64,000 nt of DNA from Stramenopiles sp. TOSAG23-6 (taxonomy: Eukaryota). Shown here in pieces: positions 1 through 10,957 of the stretch. How positions within the stretch are numbered: position 1 is the first letter of the stretch; the number at the start of each line of letters is the position of its first letter. The notes beneath the pieces are model-generated. The model worked only from the letters and a program-made list of their open reading frames with translations. It was not told where the DNA came from and made no database searches. The DNA is taken from contig LT635910.1 of NCBI GenBank assembly GCA_900128565.1, forward strand, positions 1-64,000. Reading direction: 5' to 3'. Made by a program: the position numbers and the translations under genes.

Positions 1-69
1 AAAGAGAAAAAAAAATTCATAAATAAAAAAAAAAAAATTCAATTTCAAATTTAAAAAAAAAAAACATAC
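1..69 (-). other. Intron, 5' part only (donor GTATGTTTT at 69)
   Basis: Minus strand reads ttt ct|GTATGTTTTTTTT followed by T-rich sequence and an in-frame stop. Confidence 0.7.
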
Positions 70-1162
70 AGAAAATCCTCAGACGATTTGACTAATAATG
101 GATTGGCTGCTACAATATTTCTTGTTGTATCAAGAGTAGTGTCAACTTTGATTTCATTATTACTAAGTTTCGCTGTATTTGTCTTGTTTGCTACATTTGA
201 GTTCTGAGTTGTTTGAGGTGTTTTCGATTCATCTTGAATTTTTTCTTCTGTTTGTTTCACTTCAAATACATTGGACGATTTTGTACCATCAGGTGTTGCA
301 TGTAATGTGAAAAAAAAAAAAATTTAACTTTTTTTTGTTAGGTACAAAATTTAGTATGAAAAAATTTTAAAAAAAAATTCAAAAAAAAATTCAAAACATA
401 CAAGGAAAAAGAAAATAATTCTACCTCCTGTGGGAACTCTAAATTCACCAACCAATGGATCATCAGAACTGCTTACAATCGTCCAAGGTAAAACATGCCT
501 CATTTTCCTTTTTTCACCGATAACTTTTTCAGCAAGTTTTGTAGCAGAAGTATGAGTGATAAAAAAGTATGTCAAATTTGATTTTGTTAGGTACAACATT
601 TTTATAAAAAACTATAAAAAAAAAAAAAAGAAAATTGAAAACAAAGTAAAAAACGTACAACTGATTTAACTCCAGCCGTCGCAACGACTTCAACAAGATC
701 GACCCCTACTCCACCAACAGCAAGGACTCCTTTTCCAACACCTTCAATACCATGTAATATAGATTTACCAACACTATTAGATCTTTCTCGCCCTGAAGAA
801 CTACTTGAGTATGTTTTTGTATTAAATTCATCTTGTCCTAAATCTAGACTTTCTGCTGAAAAGCGTGCAGCTGTCGACAGCACTGAACGTGCCTTAGATG
901 GCCGGAACTCAATAAGAACTGATAAAGTATGTTGTTGTGCAGCTATTCGCCAACGTATCGTATCTCCAGATATTACAGGATAAGCCTCATCGAAAGGTAT
1001 AGAATCACTTATAGTAATGCCATCACAATTTTGTATATCAACGTCAACTTCAAATCCTCGTAATAAATTGAAACCGTCAGATGCATTATTATAAAGTTCT
1101 TTGGGGTTCAAGTGACTTGAAACATTACCAGGTACTTTTTGATGCCTTTTTCGAAATGGCAT
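1..1162 (-). CDS. Multi-exon gene running off the left edge, with a GOLD-like domain; exons 1162-659, 548-402, 299-70
   Basis: ORFs 602-1162, 351-599 and 51-260 join in frame across T-rich introns with GTACGT/GTATGT donors. GDTIRWRI...GEFRVPTGGRIIFFF resembles GOLD-domain strands (inference). Confidence 0.65.
300..401 (-). other. Intron GT-AT, 102 nt, phase 0
   Basis: ctt|GTATGTTTTG...TACCTAAC...TTTTTCAC ATTACAT|gca aca cct. Removes an in-frame stop and joins FFFL to ATPDGTK. Confidence 0.75.
549..658 (-). other. Intron GT-CT, 110 nt (alternative GT-AT end at 552)
   Basis: gtt|GTACGTTTT...TACCTAAC...TTTATCAC TCATACT|tct gct. Both candidate ends are phase 0; spacing from the two motifs favours 549. 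Confidence 0.65.
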
Positions 1163-1724
1163 TTTTGTGATGGGAATGTTTCGTTAGGGTTGTAACGTAC
1201 TCTCCGTAGAAAAAGTGTTCTTGGGAAAGGACGACATTCAATCCATCGGAGATGTTTGGGCAAGAAAGATATTTTTTTGTAAAAATGTAACTGAAAAATA
1301 GATACCCGGTACTGCAAATGTAAATTTTCAAATTTAAATTTTTTCAATTTTCGAAATTGCAAAGAAATTCAAAAAATTGCTATATATAATATTATATGAC
1401 ATTGTTGTTGTTACTACTATAATACAACTATTGACAGTTGTGCACAATAACAAATAGAATCTGTATTTTATTACAAAAATAACAAAGACATGTGTAGTAT
1501 TACGACAATGTTGCTGACTAACCATAAACACCGCATAATATCAACAGATGTGTCAGAATAGAAATACCTGGTACCACTGCCATTAACTGTCCACAAACAG
1601 AAGAACAAAAAGATAAAGTATAGTCACTTCTACTATATACAATTATTAGAAGCCAAGCTTACAAGTGGTGAGCATGATACTCCTTTCAAGACCTGTGTTT
1701 TTTGTATATATTCTTTTTGTTGTT

Positions 1725-2772
1725 ATGGAAAAATTTGCGTCATCTACAGACCCGTTGTCTACTACAATGTCAACTACAATGCCCACTACAGATGGTGGTG
1801 ATATTTCTAAAAGGCCTCAAAGGAAACAAAAACGTTTTGATCAATTTGGTAAAAGAATCAAAGGAAAACAAACAGAATCACAAAAATATGCTGAAATGGT
1901 TAGTTTGAATAAAATACCTGAGAAGAAAATAAATGAAACAGTTGACGATAAAACTAAAGAGATTACTGAAAAAAAAAAAACTGGAAAAAATGACGGAGAC
2001 AATCTCAAGAAAAACGATCCATATTTTAACTACTTTCACACGTCCAGTACATCCGGCAAATCAATTTCAGTACCATTACAACACTCAAAAACTTGGCTTG
2101 GTCAGTTTAATTTGGGTTCAATTCCAAAAAAGTCAAAAAATCGTTTATATACGTTTATCACAGGAGCTCAACCAAAAACTCAAGAAAATAGTTATGTACG
2201 ATCTTGTAGCAATTTTCCATATTGTTCAGAAATTCCACCACCACCTCCGTTTTTACCGAGCCCTTGGGAAATACCTGCAAGTGATCCACTTCCAATATAT
2301 CCTAGTTTAGCTTCAGCTCCAATTGGAAAACAGGATGAAAGGTTACTAAATGACTACATCAAAACTCTTCCTTTACCGAGGCAAGAAAAAATTGAAAAAA
2401 AAAGACAAAAAGCAAAACAGATGGGTAATGATGCTCTTAAGAATTTTATATTGAGGCAAGGAGCTTATCCTAATCCGGATAATTTAGATATGAGACAACA
2501 TGTATGTTTTATATGAATTTAAAAAAAGGTTTCATACGAAATTTCATACCTAACGAATTTTTTTTTCATAGAAATTAAATTTTTTTTTCACAATACATAC
2601 TCTTGATCCAGAAACGGAACAACTCTGGCGACGTTCATATTTATCCGGAGTTGCAGTTGATAAAACGCACCAGAAAGTTTTGAAACTTCGACGAGAAGGA
2701 GGAAAAAATGGACTTTGGAAGACGACGTCGTTTTTTGAAGGTTTAAAAAAAAAAGTCCCTTCTTTTCGATAA
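1725..2772 (+). CDS. Hypothetical protein, 2 exons (1725-2501, 2599-2772), about 316 aa
   Basis: Lys/Pro-rich ORF from ATG 1725. It continues after the intron as TLDPETEQLWRRSYLSG to TAA at 2770-2772. No family recognised. Confidence 0.7.
2502..2598 (+). other. Intron GT-AT, 97 nt, phase 0
   Basis: caacat|GTATGTTTT...TACCTAAC...TTTTTCAC AATACAT|act ctt gat. Confidence 0.75.
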
Positions 2773-3077
2773 CACTTTATTTTTGTTAGGTACGAAATTT
2801 CGTACGAAAAAAAAACATTTAGATAAAACATTGAAAAAAAATAAAATTATACCATGAACTTGATGTTGATATTGAACAATAGGAACAATATACATACATT
2901 GAGAGAGAGAAAGAGAGTGATAGAAGATCATCCATCTTTATAAACAGAATATAACCATATATTTTTCAATTTTTAATCATTGTTTCATCAAAAATTGTTC
3001 ACTATTATTTTTATTCAACACAACTCAGGAAAAACTGAGAGAAACGATTTTTTGTGCCAAAAGCTTCTTGAACAACT

Positions 3078-3338
3078 TTAAAGTGTTGAATCTGATCTAC
3101 TGTTCTTTTTGTAAGCAACATGTGCTTGTATTCCCCAATGAAGCAGATAAAATACTACTACAAAGGCAATGAGTATACACAATGTTGTTCCAAAATTATT
3201 CTTATTCCACACTTTTCTAAATCTAATATTTCGACTATCTCTCAACAAATGAAGCTTTCTAATCGCTGTACCCTCGGCTTTATAATAGGGAACGTTCTTA
3301 CGCTTTTTCATAACTTTATTAGATGTATCAACTACCAT
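3078..3338 (-). CDS. Small single-pass membrane protein, 86 aa
   Basis: ATG-initiated ORF with a basic N-terminus and one hydrophobic segment (TLCILIAFVVVFYLLHWGI). Confidence 0.5.
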   Translation of the reverse strand: MVVDTSNKVMKKRKNVPYYKAEGTAIRKLHLLRDSRNIRFRKVWNKNNFGTTLCILIAFVVVFYLLHWGIQAHVAYKKNSRSDSTL

Positions 3339-3717
3339 TATAAACTTTAAAAGATTTCAAAAAAATATATTGATTTGTTATGACATTATTGATGTGAAAC
3401 AAAAAACGTGCCCTGAAAAAGAGGAACATGACATAGATAAAAAAAATAATAAAAAATTGAAAATTTTGAATTTCAAAACCGCGAAAAACGAAAACAAAAA
3501 AAACGGCAACGCAAACAAACAACCCTTTGCCGGTTTGGATTTGAAAGTTTCACACTGTTCCTACACTCTTATAAGTTTGAACTCTCTGCTTCTCGACCTG
3601 TAGCAGTAAAAAAGGTAACGATTTGTCTGTTGAAAACGCCAATTCGACATTCTGAGATTTATTGTGTAGTTAAGGCAGCTGTGGTTATTTAACTTGGTCT
3701 TATTACGATAGAATAGT

Positions 3718-5466
3718 ATGAAACAGCACACATATAAAAGATTACTGGGCAACGACGTAAAACAAGCGAGGAAAAACGCAACCAAGTTCCTTTTATGGTT
3801 CCTTGGTTTGACAATTGTTATTTTTCTTAGTCTTATTCTCTCCTATTATAACTCAGTTGTTAAATCCAAAGTTATGCACAGTATGTCTCCAAAAACATTG
3901 AAACGTGGCACGCAAGTTGTCGTTGGAAAATCGAGTGTTAATGGCGCAGAACTGATGCGCATGCAACAAGTCAGAGCCACCGCAAATCCGTGCCCTCGGC
4001 CCAGAATGAATACGCCCGCGGGATGGTGTACGCATACGGGAGCACATTACCTTTTAACAGATTGCGATGGAGATGGTATTGCCGACCATGTTTGCATGGA
4101 CCTAGGGGGAAATCTCGGTGTCATCCAGTCAAGCAATTCGTGCAAAGATTCGTGGCCACACGGAGAATGTATAGCGAAACCTGGCGAGGCAAGTAAGTGT
4201 AAAGCCACGGCTAGTGGTTGGGACGAGAAATGTGCGAAGCGAAATGTGCGTTTTTCATGTAATTTCGACATACCTAAAGAAAATGACAAATGTTTTTGGG
4301 ACGACTCATCAGACTGTGAACCTGTGTTTAGTATTATGAAGAAGAAAAATGGAAAGGAGAATTATGAATATATACAATGGAAAAAGTATTGTAGCGATTA
4401 CACAACACCAAATCCTTGTAATGATGCTGCATCGTATACGCCACCATACGGGTCATGGTATGATCCTTCTTCAAAGGCCCCATACTGTGCTCAATTTGGT
4501 TCGGAGGTTTGTACAGGGCATTGGTTTTGGCGTAGCTGTTACCAACCGTGCGCAAAGTGGCAGCCACAAAGGATCGGGAATGGAAGACCTGGTAATAATT
4601 GTGTATGGAAACCAACACAACACTGTGCTCCCTCGTTACGAGTATATAGCAATCCTTTATCTGAAGATTATGAATATGCTAAGAAACAGTGCGGATCTTA
4701 CACGACGTATGCAGAGTGTAGATCAACTGGAACAACTGATAATGATCCCCGACGGAAAACGGTAGACGGAAAAATTACAAACCGCTGTCGCTGGGATGAC
4801 TACAAACCCTACAAACGTATTGGTGAGACAAATCCAAAAATTAGTGATCAAGAGGGAATAAATTTAGGGAAAGTAGCCTATAAAGTTTTGGGTGATTGTG
4901 TGGACGCATGTGATAATGATAAACAATGTCAACACTTTACTGCGTGTTCAGAGGGTACTGAACAAAACTGTTATTTATATACAGGCACAGATCAATCGCA
5001 AGTAACAGAGAAAGAAGGCAAGAATTGTCAGATGTACTTTAAGGCTGAGTCGTATTTAAAAATTTATGTCAGTTATGAAAACAATGTTTTATATCAATCA
5101 TAGTTAATTCGTTTCAACAAAATTTCATATTGTATACATTATATCCCCTACGAAGACACAGGCGTGGAAAAACGAAATTTTCTTCCCTTAACACAATACC
5201 CTGTTTTGAAAGGTATAGGTGGTGCTAACGTAGATGACTGTCTGAAAGCGTGTGATAGTGATCTTCAATGTACAACCGTCAGTATAAATCGCCGACATGA
5301 TAATGCTATGTCGTGTCAACTATTCACGTTTGAAAAAACAGAAGATTTAACCAGAGCTGTCCCGACCCTTGGTTATGCAAAGCAGATATTTTATAAACCT
5401 GAGCTCAACTTTACATGGCACAAGGCTGAAGCACTTGGAGCTAAAGTTTCTTCAACAACAAGGTAA
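3718..5466 (+). CDS. Cys-rich surface or secreted protein with an N-terminal membrane anchor and C-terminal PAN/Apple-like modules
   Basis: TM segment near aa 24-44, many Cys/Trp, and two C-x3-C-x5-C modules (DCVDACDNDKQC, DCLKACDSDLQC). The two ORFs are in the same frame, separated by one TAG inside a probable intron. Confidence 0.75.
5052..5135 (+). other. Probable intron GT-AT, 84 nt, phase 2
   Basis: gag tc|GTATTT...TTTCAT ATTGTAT|a cat tat. Removes TAG 5101-5103. Lacks TACCTAAC, and a 36-nt GT-AG alternative (5068-5103) exists. Confidence 0.5.
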
Positions 5467-5719
5467 CTAACACAGTTCTATCACCAAGATAATGACAATC
5501 AACATAATGATTCATTTTTTAACTAGAATATAAACAAAGAATGAAAAACCATTTTTGTTCTTTTTTATTTATTTATGTACAGTGTTTCAATAAAAAAGGA
5601 TATGACTTTCGAGATAGTGGCAACCCAAAAGAAACAAAACCATAATGTTTCTATTTGATTTGTGCAGTAACTCCAGACGCACTCCAGACTACTTTTAGTA
5701 GTAATTGTGTCGTAAAAAC

Positions 5720-7198
5720 TTAGGTAAATCTGGCTCGGAGACCAGCCGTTGACAACGTTTTTTCCTCTGGGTGTAACTCCTCAATAAGCATATCAGGAGC
5801 AGACTGAGGTTTCAAGAGGAAATCAATTAAACGAATGGCAAGATAGTCATCAGATTGTGGATCCAGACCAAGATCATGAAAGACATGTATTGTTCGGCCT
5901 TTAAATGCGTTTCTCAATTGTTCGATATATAAAAGAGAAGGATTTTTAACCCCCTCTTCAGGAATTTGATCAATTGGTGTTTGAAGAGCAGCATAAAGAA
6001 GACCAAGGTGTACCTGGTGATCAGGAGGGCCGGTATTACCTGATAATTTAAACGCCAAGGAGTGCACAGCAAAGGCATCAAATTCTTTAATACGAAAGTT
6101 ATCTCCCATATGTCTTACGAAGTTCTCAGTGAGAGAAGCATTAAATAGACGAACAATTTTTTCTTGTATTTCCTTTGAGGCTTCATTAAAATACGTTACT
6201 TTCCAATTTTGATATGTTAAAAAAACGTTGTGAAGATACGATTGTACAGCTGCATCAGCTTTAGCAGTATCTGGTTCAGGTAAACCTGATGTAGAGTCGA
6301 AATATTCAATAGTGTATTGTTCTGTTGGTTCGGGTATTTTTCGAACATTTTCGCGAAGCGCATTAAGTCCCACTACCTGTTCAGCCCATGGCCCAACCTT
6401 GGATTCTTCAGCGTTGACTGCAGTGGTAACTGAAGTAATAACATCGTTTTCAAATGCGGCGTATTGATTTTTACGTACGAGGTGATTGAGAACAAACTGA
6501 CGAATAAAAGCATCAGTTTTGACTTTAATCTTTTCGTTTTTCGCATCATCAAAATTCATTTTAAAGATATCTTTTCGGGTGATCCAGAAACCAGCAACAT
6601 TGACTTCACGAAGTTTTTGCAGGGCATCAGGATATTGACTGATCAAAACTTTCCAATGAGTCCACGAAAACTTCGGTGGAGGATCGTCGTCGTTACCGCT
6701 AAATAAAACTTGGTCGCCATATTCGTTCATCATTTCGAGTGGTGTACGCATCCAGTTAAAACCTGGACCTTGTATACTGCACTGATTGATGTTTGCTTTC
6801 TCTGCAACCAGATATTCTTGAAGAGGAAGAGCGTCAACGTGACCAATGTGAACAACAATGTCACTGCCGTTTTTAGAGAATACAGGACGTTCAACAATAG
6901 GCATATCTCCCTCTTTAACCAAAGGGCTGCTGAACGGTATCCAACTTTGGATAGCACCAATAGGCCAAGCTCTTCCATTAACTGGTAATACCACATTATG
7001 GCTGATATCCATTTCTCCCATTACTTCATCGAGAAGTTTTTTTCGGTATGAACGAATCTCGATAGTTCCACCAACCGCGTATGTTTTGAGCTTTCCTGAT
7101 GTTCTCCCTAATAGGGACAAAGTTTGGTTCTGAAGCATGAAGATTAGTGGTCCCAATAAAACGAAAATTAATATAAGTATTTGTTGAGGGCTTAGCAT
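5720..7198 (-). CDS. Hypothetical protein with N-terminal signal or anchor, 492 aa; possibly nucleoside-hydrolase-like
   Basis: Long ORF with a hydrophobic N-terminus and a C-terminal VFHDLGLDPQSDDYLAI motif. Confidence 0.75.
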   Translation of the reverse strand: MLSPQQILILIFVLLGPLIFMLQNQTLSLLGRTSGKLKTYAVGGTIEIRSYRKKLLDEVMGEMDISHNVVLPVNGRAWPIGAIQSWIPFSSPLVKEGDMPIVERPVFSKNGSDIVVHIGHVDALPLQEYLVAEKANINQCSIQGPGFNWMRTPLEMMNEYGDQVLFSGNDDDPPPKFSWTHWKVLISQYPDALQKLREVNVAGFWITRKDIFKMNFDDAKNEKIKVKTDAFIRQFVLNHLVRKNQYAAFENDVITSVTTAVNAEESKVGPWAEQVVGLNALRENVRKIPEPTEQYTIEYFDSTSGLPEPDTAKADAAVQSYLHNVFLTYQNWKVTYFNEASKEIQEKIVRLFNASLTENFVRHMGDNFRIKEFDAFAVHSLAFKLSGNTGPPDHQVHLGLLYAALQTPIDQIPEEGVKNPSLLYIEQLRNAFKGRTIHVFHDLGLDPQSDDYLAIRLIDFLLKPQSAPDMLIEELHPEEKTLSTAGLRARFT

Positions 7199-7290
7199 TT
7201 TGTTTTACTTTTATAATTATTTATGAATGAAATATACAANTGACCTTAAATGGACGATCCCGCCATTTCTAGTTCCTGAAATAGCAAAAT

Positions 7291-7396
7291 AAAATAGCAG
7301 ATTTGACATTTTTCTCGAGATTTCGTGCTCAATGACGCGCCATTCCTGAAAATTTGAAAAAAATAGCAGATTTGACATTTTTCTCGAGATTTCGTG
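7291..7396. repeat. Direct repeat, two 37-bp copies, 69-bp period
   Basis: aaaatagcagatttgacatttttctcgagatttcgtg at 7291 and 7360, between divergent genes. Confidence 0.9.
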
Positions 7397-7525
7397 TTCC
7401 ATTTTTGAAAATCTCAAATTTTTCTCAAATCGAACTCTGACTCCTCCCTGAAAAAAATCGATTTCTTCTGCTGCAGATTTATTTACGTATTTTTAATAAG
7501 TCCCGTAATTGATTAATAAAGTTCG

Positions 7526-8626
7526 ATGATTTCTCACTCACAGCAACCAGCACAAACACATCTGAATAAGACTGCAGTATTCACAAGTACTCAGAAAATG
7601 AATGTGATTACAGTTCTAGTTTCTGGTGGTGCCGGTCAGATTGCATATTCTTTATTACCTTTGATTGCCCAAGGTAAAGTTTTTGGACCTAACACAAGTG
7701 TTCACTTACGTCTTCTTGAAATACCCAGAGCGGTGGACGCTCTCAAGGGTGTTGCAATGGAACTGCAAGATTGTGCGTTTCCTCTTTTACTATCAGTTGT
7801 GTGTACGAGTGATAATGCTGAAGCTTTTACGGGTATTGATTATGCTGTTTTACTTGGTGGTTTTCCACGTCTACCAGGTATGCTACGTAAGGATCTCATT
7901 GAGAAGAACGTCGGTATTTTCAAAAACGCCGGTGAATCTCTTGAAAAGTATGCAAGTTCGAAGGTAAAAGTACTTGTAGTTGCAAACCCAGCCAATACAA
8001 ATTGTTTGTGTACTATGTGGTATGCCCCTTCAGTTCCACGAGAAAATTTCTCTTGTTTAACTCGATTGGACCACGAACGACTTCGGGGTCAAATAGTGTC
8101 AAAAATTAATGAAAATCGTAAAGAAAATTTCATTTCTACAAGTGACATTAACCATTTAGCTATATGGGGAAATCACTCAGCCACACAGGTCCCAGATGCA
8201 ACGTTTGCTACGATAAATCAAGATTCAAGACCTCCTCAAAATGTCACAAATGTTGTGAATAATGAGGCATGGTTTCAAGGCCAGCTTTGTGATACTGTGA
8301 GGAGTCGAGGGAAAGCTGTTATAAATGCTCGGGGAAAGTCGAGTGCTTTATCTGCCGCTAATGCCATTGGATTACATTTACATGATTGGTATCATGGCAG
8401 CCGTAGCGGTGACTTTGTCTCCATGGGTATTCCAACTGATGGTAATGACTACGGAATTCCTGATGATCTCGTGTTTAGTTTTCCTGTAGTTACATCTTCT
8501 ACTGGCAAAATTAATATTGTATCAGGTTTAAAGCTATCAAAATGGACACGGGAGCAGATTAAAAATACGGTGAAGGAATTGATTGAAGAAAGAGAAGCAG
8601 CTAAGGCTGTCATTTCTAAACTATAG
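7526..8626 (+). CDS. MDH1: Malate dehydrogenase, cytosolic (MDH1) type
   Basis: VLVSGGAGQIAYSL, KVLVVANPANTN, LTRLDHER, IWGNHSATQVPD, ARGKSSALSAA. The start could be 7598. Confidence 0.95.
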   Translation: MISHSQQPAQTHLNKTAVFTSTQKMNVITVLVSGGAGQIAYSLLPLIAQGKVFGPNTSVHLRLLEIPRAVDALKGVAMELQDCAFPLLLSVVCTSDNAEAFTGIDYAVLLGGFPRLPGMLRKDLIEKNVGIFKNAGESLEKYASSKVKVLVVANPANTNCLCTMWYAPSVPRENFSCLTRLDHERLRGQIVSKINENRKENFISTSDINHLAIWGNHSATQVPDATFATINQDSRPPQNVTNVVNNEAWFQGQLCDTVRSRGKAVINARGKSSALSAANAIGLHLHDWYHGSRSGDFVSMGIPTDGNDYGIPDDLVFSFPVVTSSTGKINIVSGLKLSKWTREQIKNTVKELIEEREAAKAVISKL

Positions 8627-8933
8627 TTGTTTCGTTTTGTGTATTTTTGTCCCTCTTCTATATGCTAAATTCATTAAAAAATTAAATAGAATAATTTGTA
8701 ATTTAGTCATACTTGGTTGTACTTGGTTGTATTGTATAACTAAAATTGATTTATCTATGTTTGTTTTTTCTCGCTCCTTGTCATAACGCAAAATTAGTGT
8801 TTTTTTTTTGTCTTGTTTGTTGCAGGTTTGTAATGTGTTGAATTTTTTTCAATTTTTTTTTAATCGTCGTCGTTCTATTATCAATGATAAATATTTCATA
8901 ATATCTAACTGAGTTAATTTTGGTATCAAGTGG

Positions 8934-10406
8934 ATGCGTTTAGTTCATTTTCACAAAATGCGTCCCAATGTATTATCTTTATGCTCTATTATAATTTTAC
9001 TTCTTATATTTAGAGGCAACTGTGAGTCCAATAACCACGAATTAGAGGCAGCAGAAGCTACTACGGAAGCCATGACATTGTTGAACGACGGAGACCTCCA
9101 AGGTGCCTTAGAATTATTTGAAGCTGCTACGATTTTGTTTCCAACAGCCAGTAGTTATAATAACTATGGTGTTACTTTAATGAGACTTTTCATGAAAGCC
9201 AAATCATCTAATGATCCTCTTAATCCAGCTATTTTTTTAGAAAAATCACGGAAAGCTTTTCAAACGGCACTTAGTCTAGATCCTTCTAATAAAAAGGCGA
9301 AACGTAATATCGCAAAACTGATTACTTTAGATCATCCTATACAAAAGTTTCAAATGAAAATTCCAAGAGTTACAATGCAGCAACTTGCTCAAAACATTAC
9401 TCTTTTAACAGGCACGTATCCTTATATTATTACTGACGCGATGAAGTCGTGGACAGCTATTGACTTGTGGAAGGATGAAGATTATCTCGTGAATATTATA
9501 GGAGATGAATGGGTTGATTTTTACGCCAAGAATATGAAACTTGTGGGTGCAAAACCAATATTATATAGGTACACCGATGCTCATAAAAGATTCAAAATTG
9601 ATATGAGGGACGATAAAGGTCATCCAAGATATCTTCAATTTCGATTAAGCAATTCCGGTTGGAAAAAATTGAAACGAGATTTTGGTACATCAACATCGTC
9701 TAGTGGTCGATTTTTACCAGATGTAATGTGGACAGAAGATGATTGGTTGTATCAATGTGTACCTGATCCAGAAGATGTCGATAATTTTTTGAGAGTCAAT
9801 CAATGGAATATGCTTTTAATTGGTGAGATAGGAACAGGAATGTTCCTTCATCATGATCACTTAGCTGCCGCTTCATGGCAAGCGCATATAATTGGTCGAA
9901 AAGAATGGATCATTTGTCCATACAATCAATCACATCTAATTGGAAATACCAAAAAAGGAGGTGAGCATATTATGCCTTTTGATAATGTCGATTATACAAC
10001 ATTTCCTAATTTTTCTCAAGCGTTTTGTGGTAGAGAAATCCTTTCACCAGGAGAAATTCTTTATTATCCTGCCTACTGGTGGCATGCAACACAATGTTTA
10101 GATAGACCTACAATAGGTATTACAGGATTATTAGTGGGAAACGAAGATGAACGGAGTGATATTGGTGGTACGACATCTGTACATGAACGTTTTGCAAGTG
10201 ACATCTTGGCAAAGTGTCAGAATTGTTGGGATGATGACTGTCATGATATAAATTGTCGTAAATGTCCTGATATATCAGAAAAATGGCCTGGGGCAGCACC
10301 ACCCATAAGTAAAAATGTGTGTAATAATATAAAAGATTGTTTAGTTCTTTGGGAAGAACATTATAACACACGAAATGCAACAGAAAATAATAAAAATGAA
10401 TTATAA
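8934..10406 (+). CDS. TPR plus JmjC (2-oxoglutarate/Fe oxygenase) protein with signal peptide
   Basis: TPR-like SYNNYGVTL...AFQTALSLDPSN; JmjC FLHHD, GRKEW, PGEILYYPAYWWHAT. C-terminal KNEL resembles an ER-retention signal. Confidence 0.85.
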   Translation: MRLVHFHKMRPNVLSLCSIIILLLIFRGNCESNNHELEAAEATTEAMTLLNDGDLQGALELFEAATILFPTASSYNNYGVTLMRLFMKAKSSNDPLNPAIFLEKSRKAFQTALSLDPSNKKAKRNIAKLITLDHPIQKFQMKIPRVTMQQLAQNITLLTGTYPYIITDAMKSWTAIDLWKDEDYLVNIIGDEWVDFYAKNMKLVGAKPILYRYTDAHKRFKIDMRDDKGHPRYLQFRLSNSGWKKLKRDFGTSTSSSGRFLPDVMWTEDDWLYQCVPDPEDVDNFLRVNQWNMLLIGEIGTGMFLHHDHLAAASWQAHIIGRKEWIICPYNQSHLIGNTKKGGEHIMPFDNVDYTTFPNFSQAFCGREILSPGEILYYPAYWWHATQCLDRPTIGITGLLVGNEDERSDIGGTTSVHERFASDILAKCQNCWDDDCHDINCRKCPDISEKWPGAAPPISKNVCNNIKDCLVLWEEHYNTRNATENNKNEL

Positions 10407-10957
10407 AACAAGCGAAAATATGTCTGATTCGTTGGCTTCCAAGTATGATCAAATCAAAAACGATGCTTCAGAAAACGCAAACGTTAAAACTTTCAAGAAG
10501 TTCAAGAAGGGGAATCAAGGGGAATCAAGGGAAACTATCCAGGATGGATCAATGTTGAAGAGATTCGAGAAACATTTGATGATCTTGAAAATCTCAAATG
10601 AAATATAAGATATAAACCCTAACCCTAATGAGAAATAAAAGTGAGATGGAATTGCTTATAGAACACATATATAAGTTCAAAAAATAAAAGCATGTGTAGA
10701 ACACATAGATAATTTGATACAAAAAATAAAAGCATGATTACAATTTATAATGTATAAGTTTTATACAATATTTTCTTGAAGTGTTGCTGGTATAAGTTTT
10801 ATATAATGTTCTCTCAAGGTGTTCACCTTGATTCCAAATTTCATTCATTTTATAGATAGGGTTTGTGTGCTCAACAATTTTAAGAAATATGTTCCAAAAA
10901 TCCATTTGAAGCAAAATGTCGAATCTGCAAAAGAGTTCCTCCTCCTCCTCTTTAGTA

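Noticed and set aside
1108-1531. Short ORFs here and the many antisense or overlapping ORFs in the track
   Set aside because: Non-ATG starts or Phe/Leu-rich shadow frames of real genes, with no family motifs.
5101-5103. Stop-codon readthrough or a variant genetic code at the single in-frame TAG
   Set aside because: TAG, TAA and TGA each end other genes in this window, and the region fits an intron. Readthrough is not formally excluded.
10375-10760. 77-aa ORF and short duplications after the JmjC gene
   Set aside because: Low complexity, overlaps the upstream stop and has no recognisable motif; probably UTR or intergenic.
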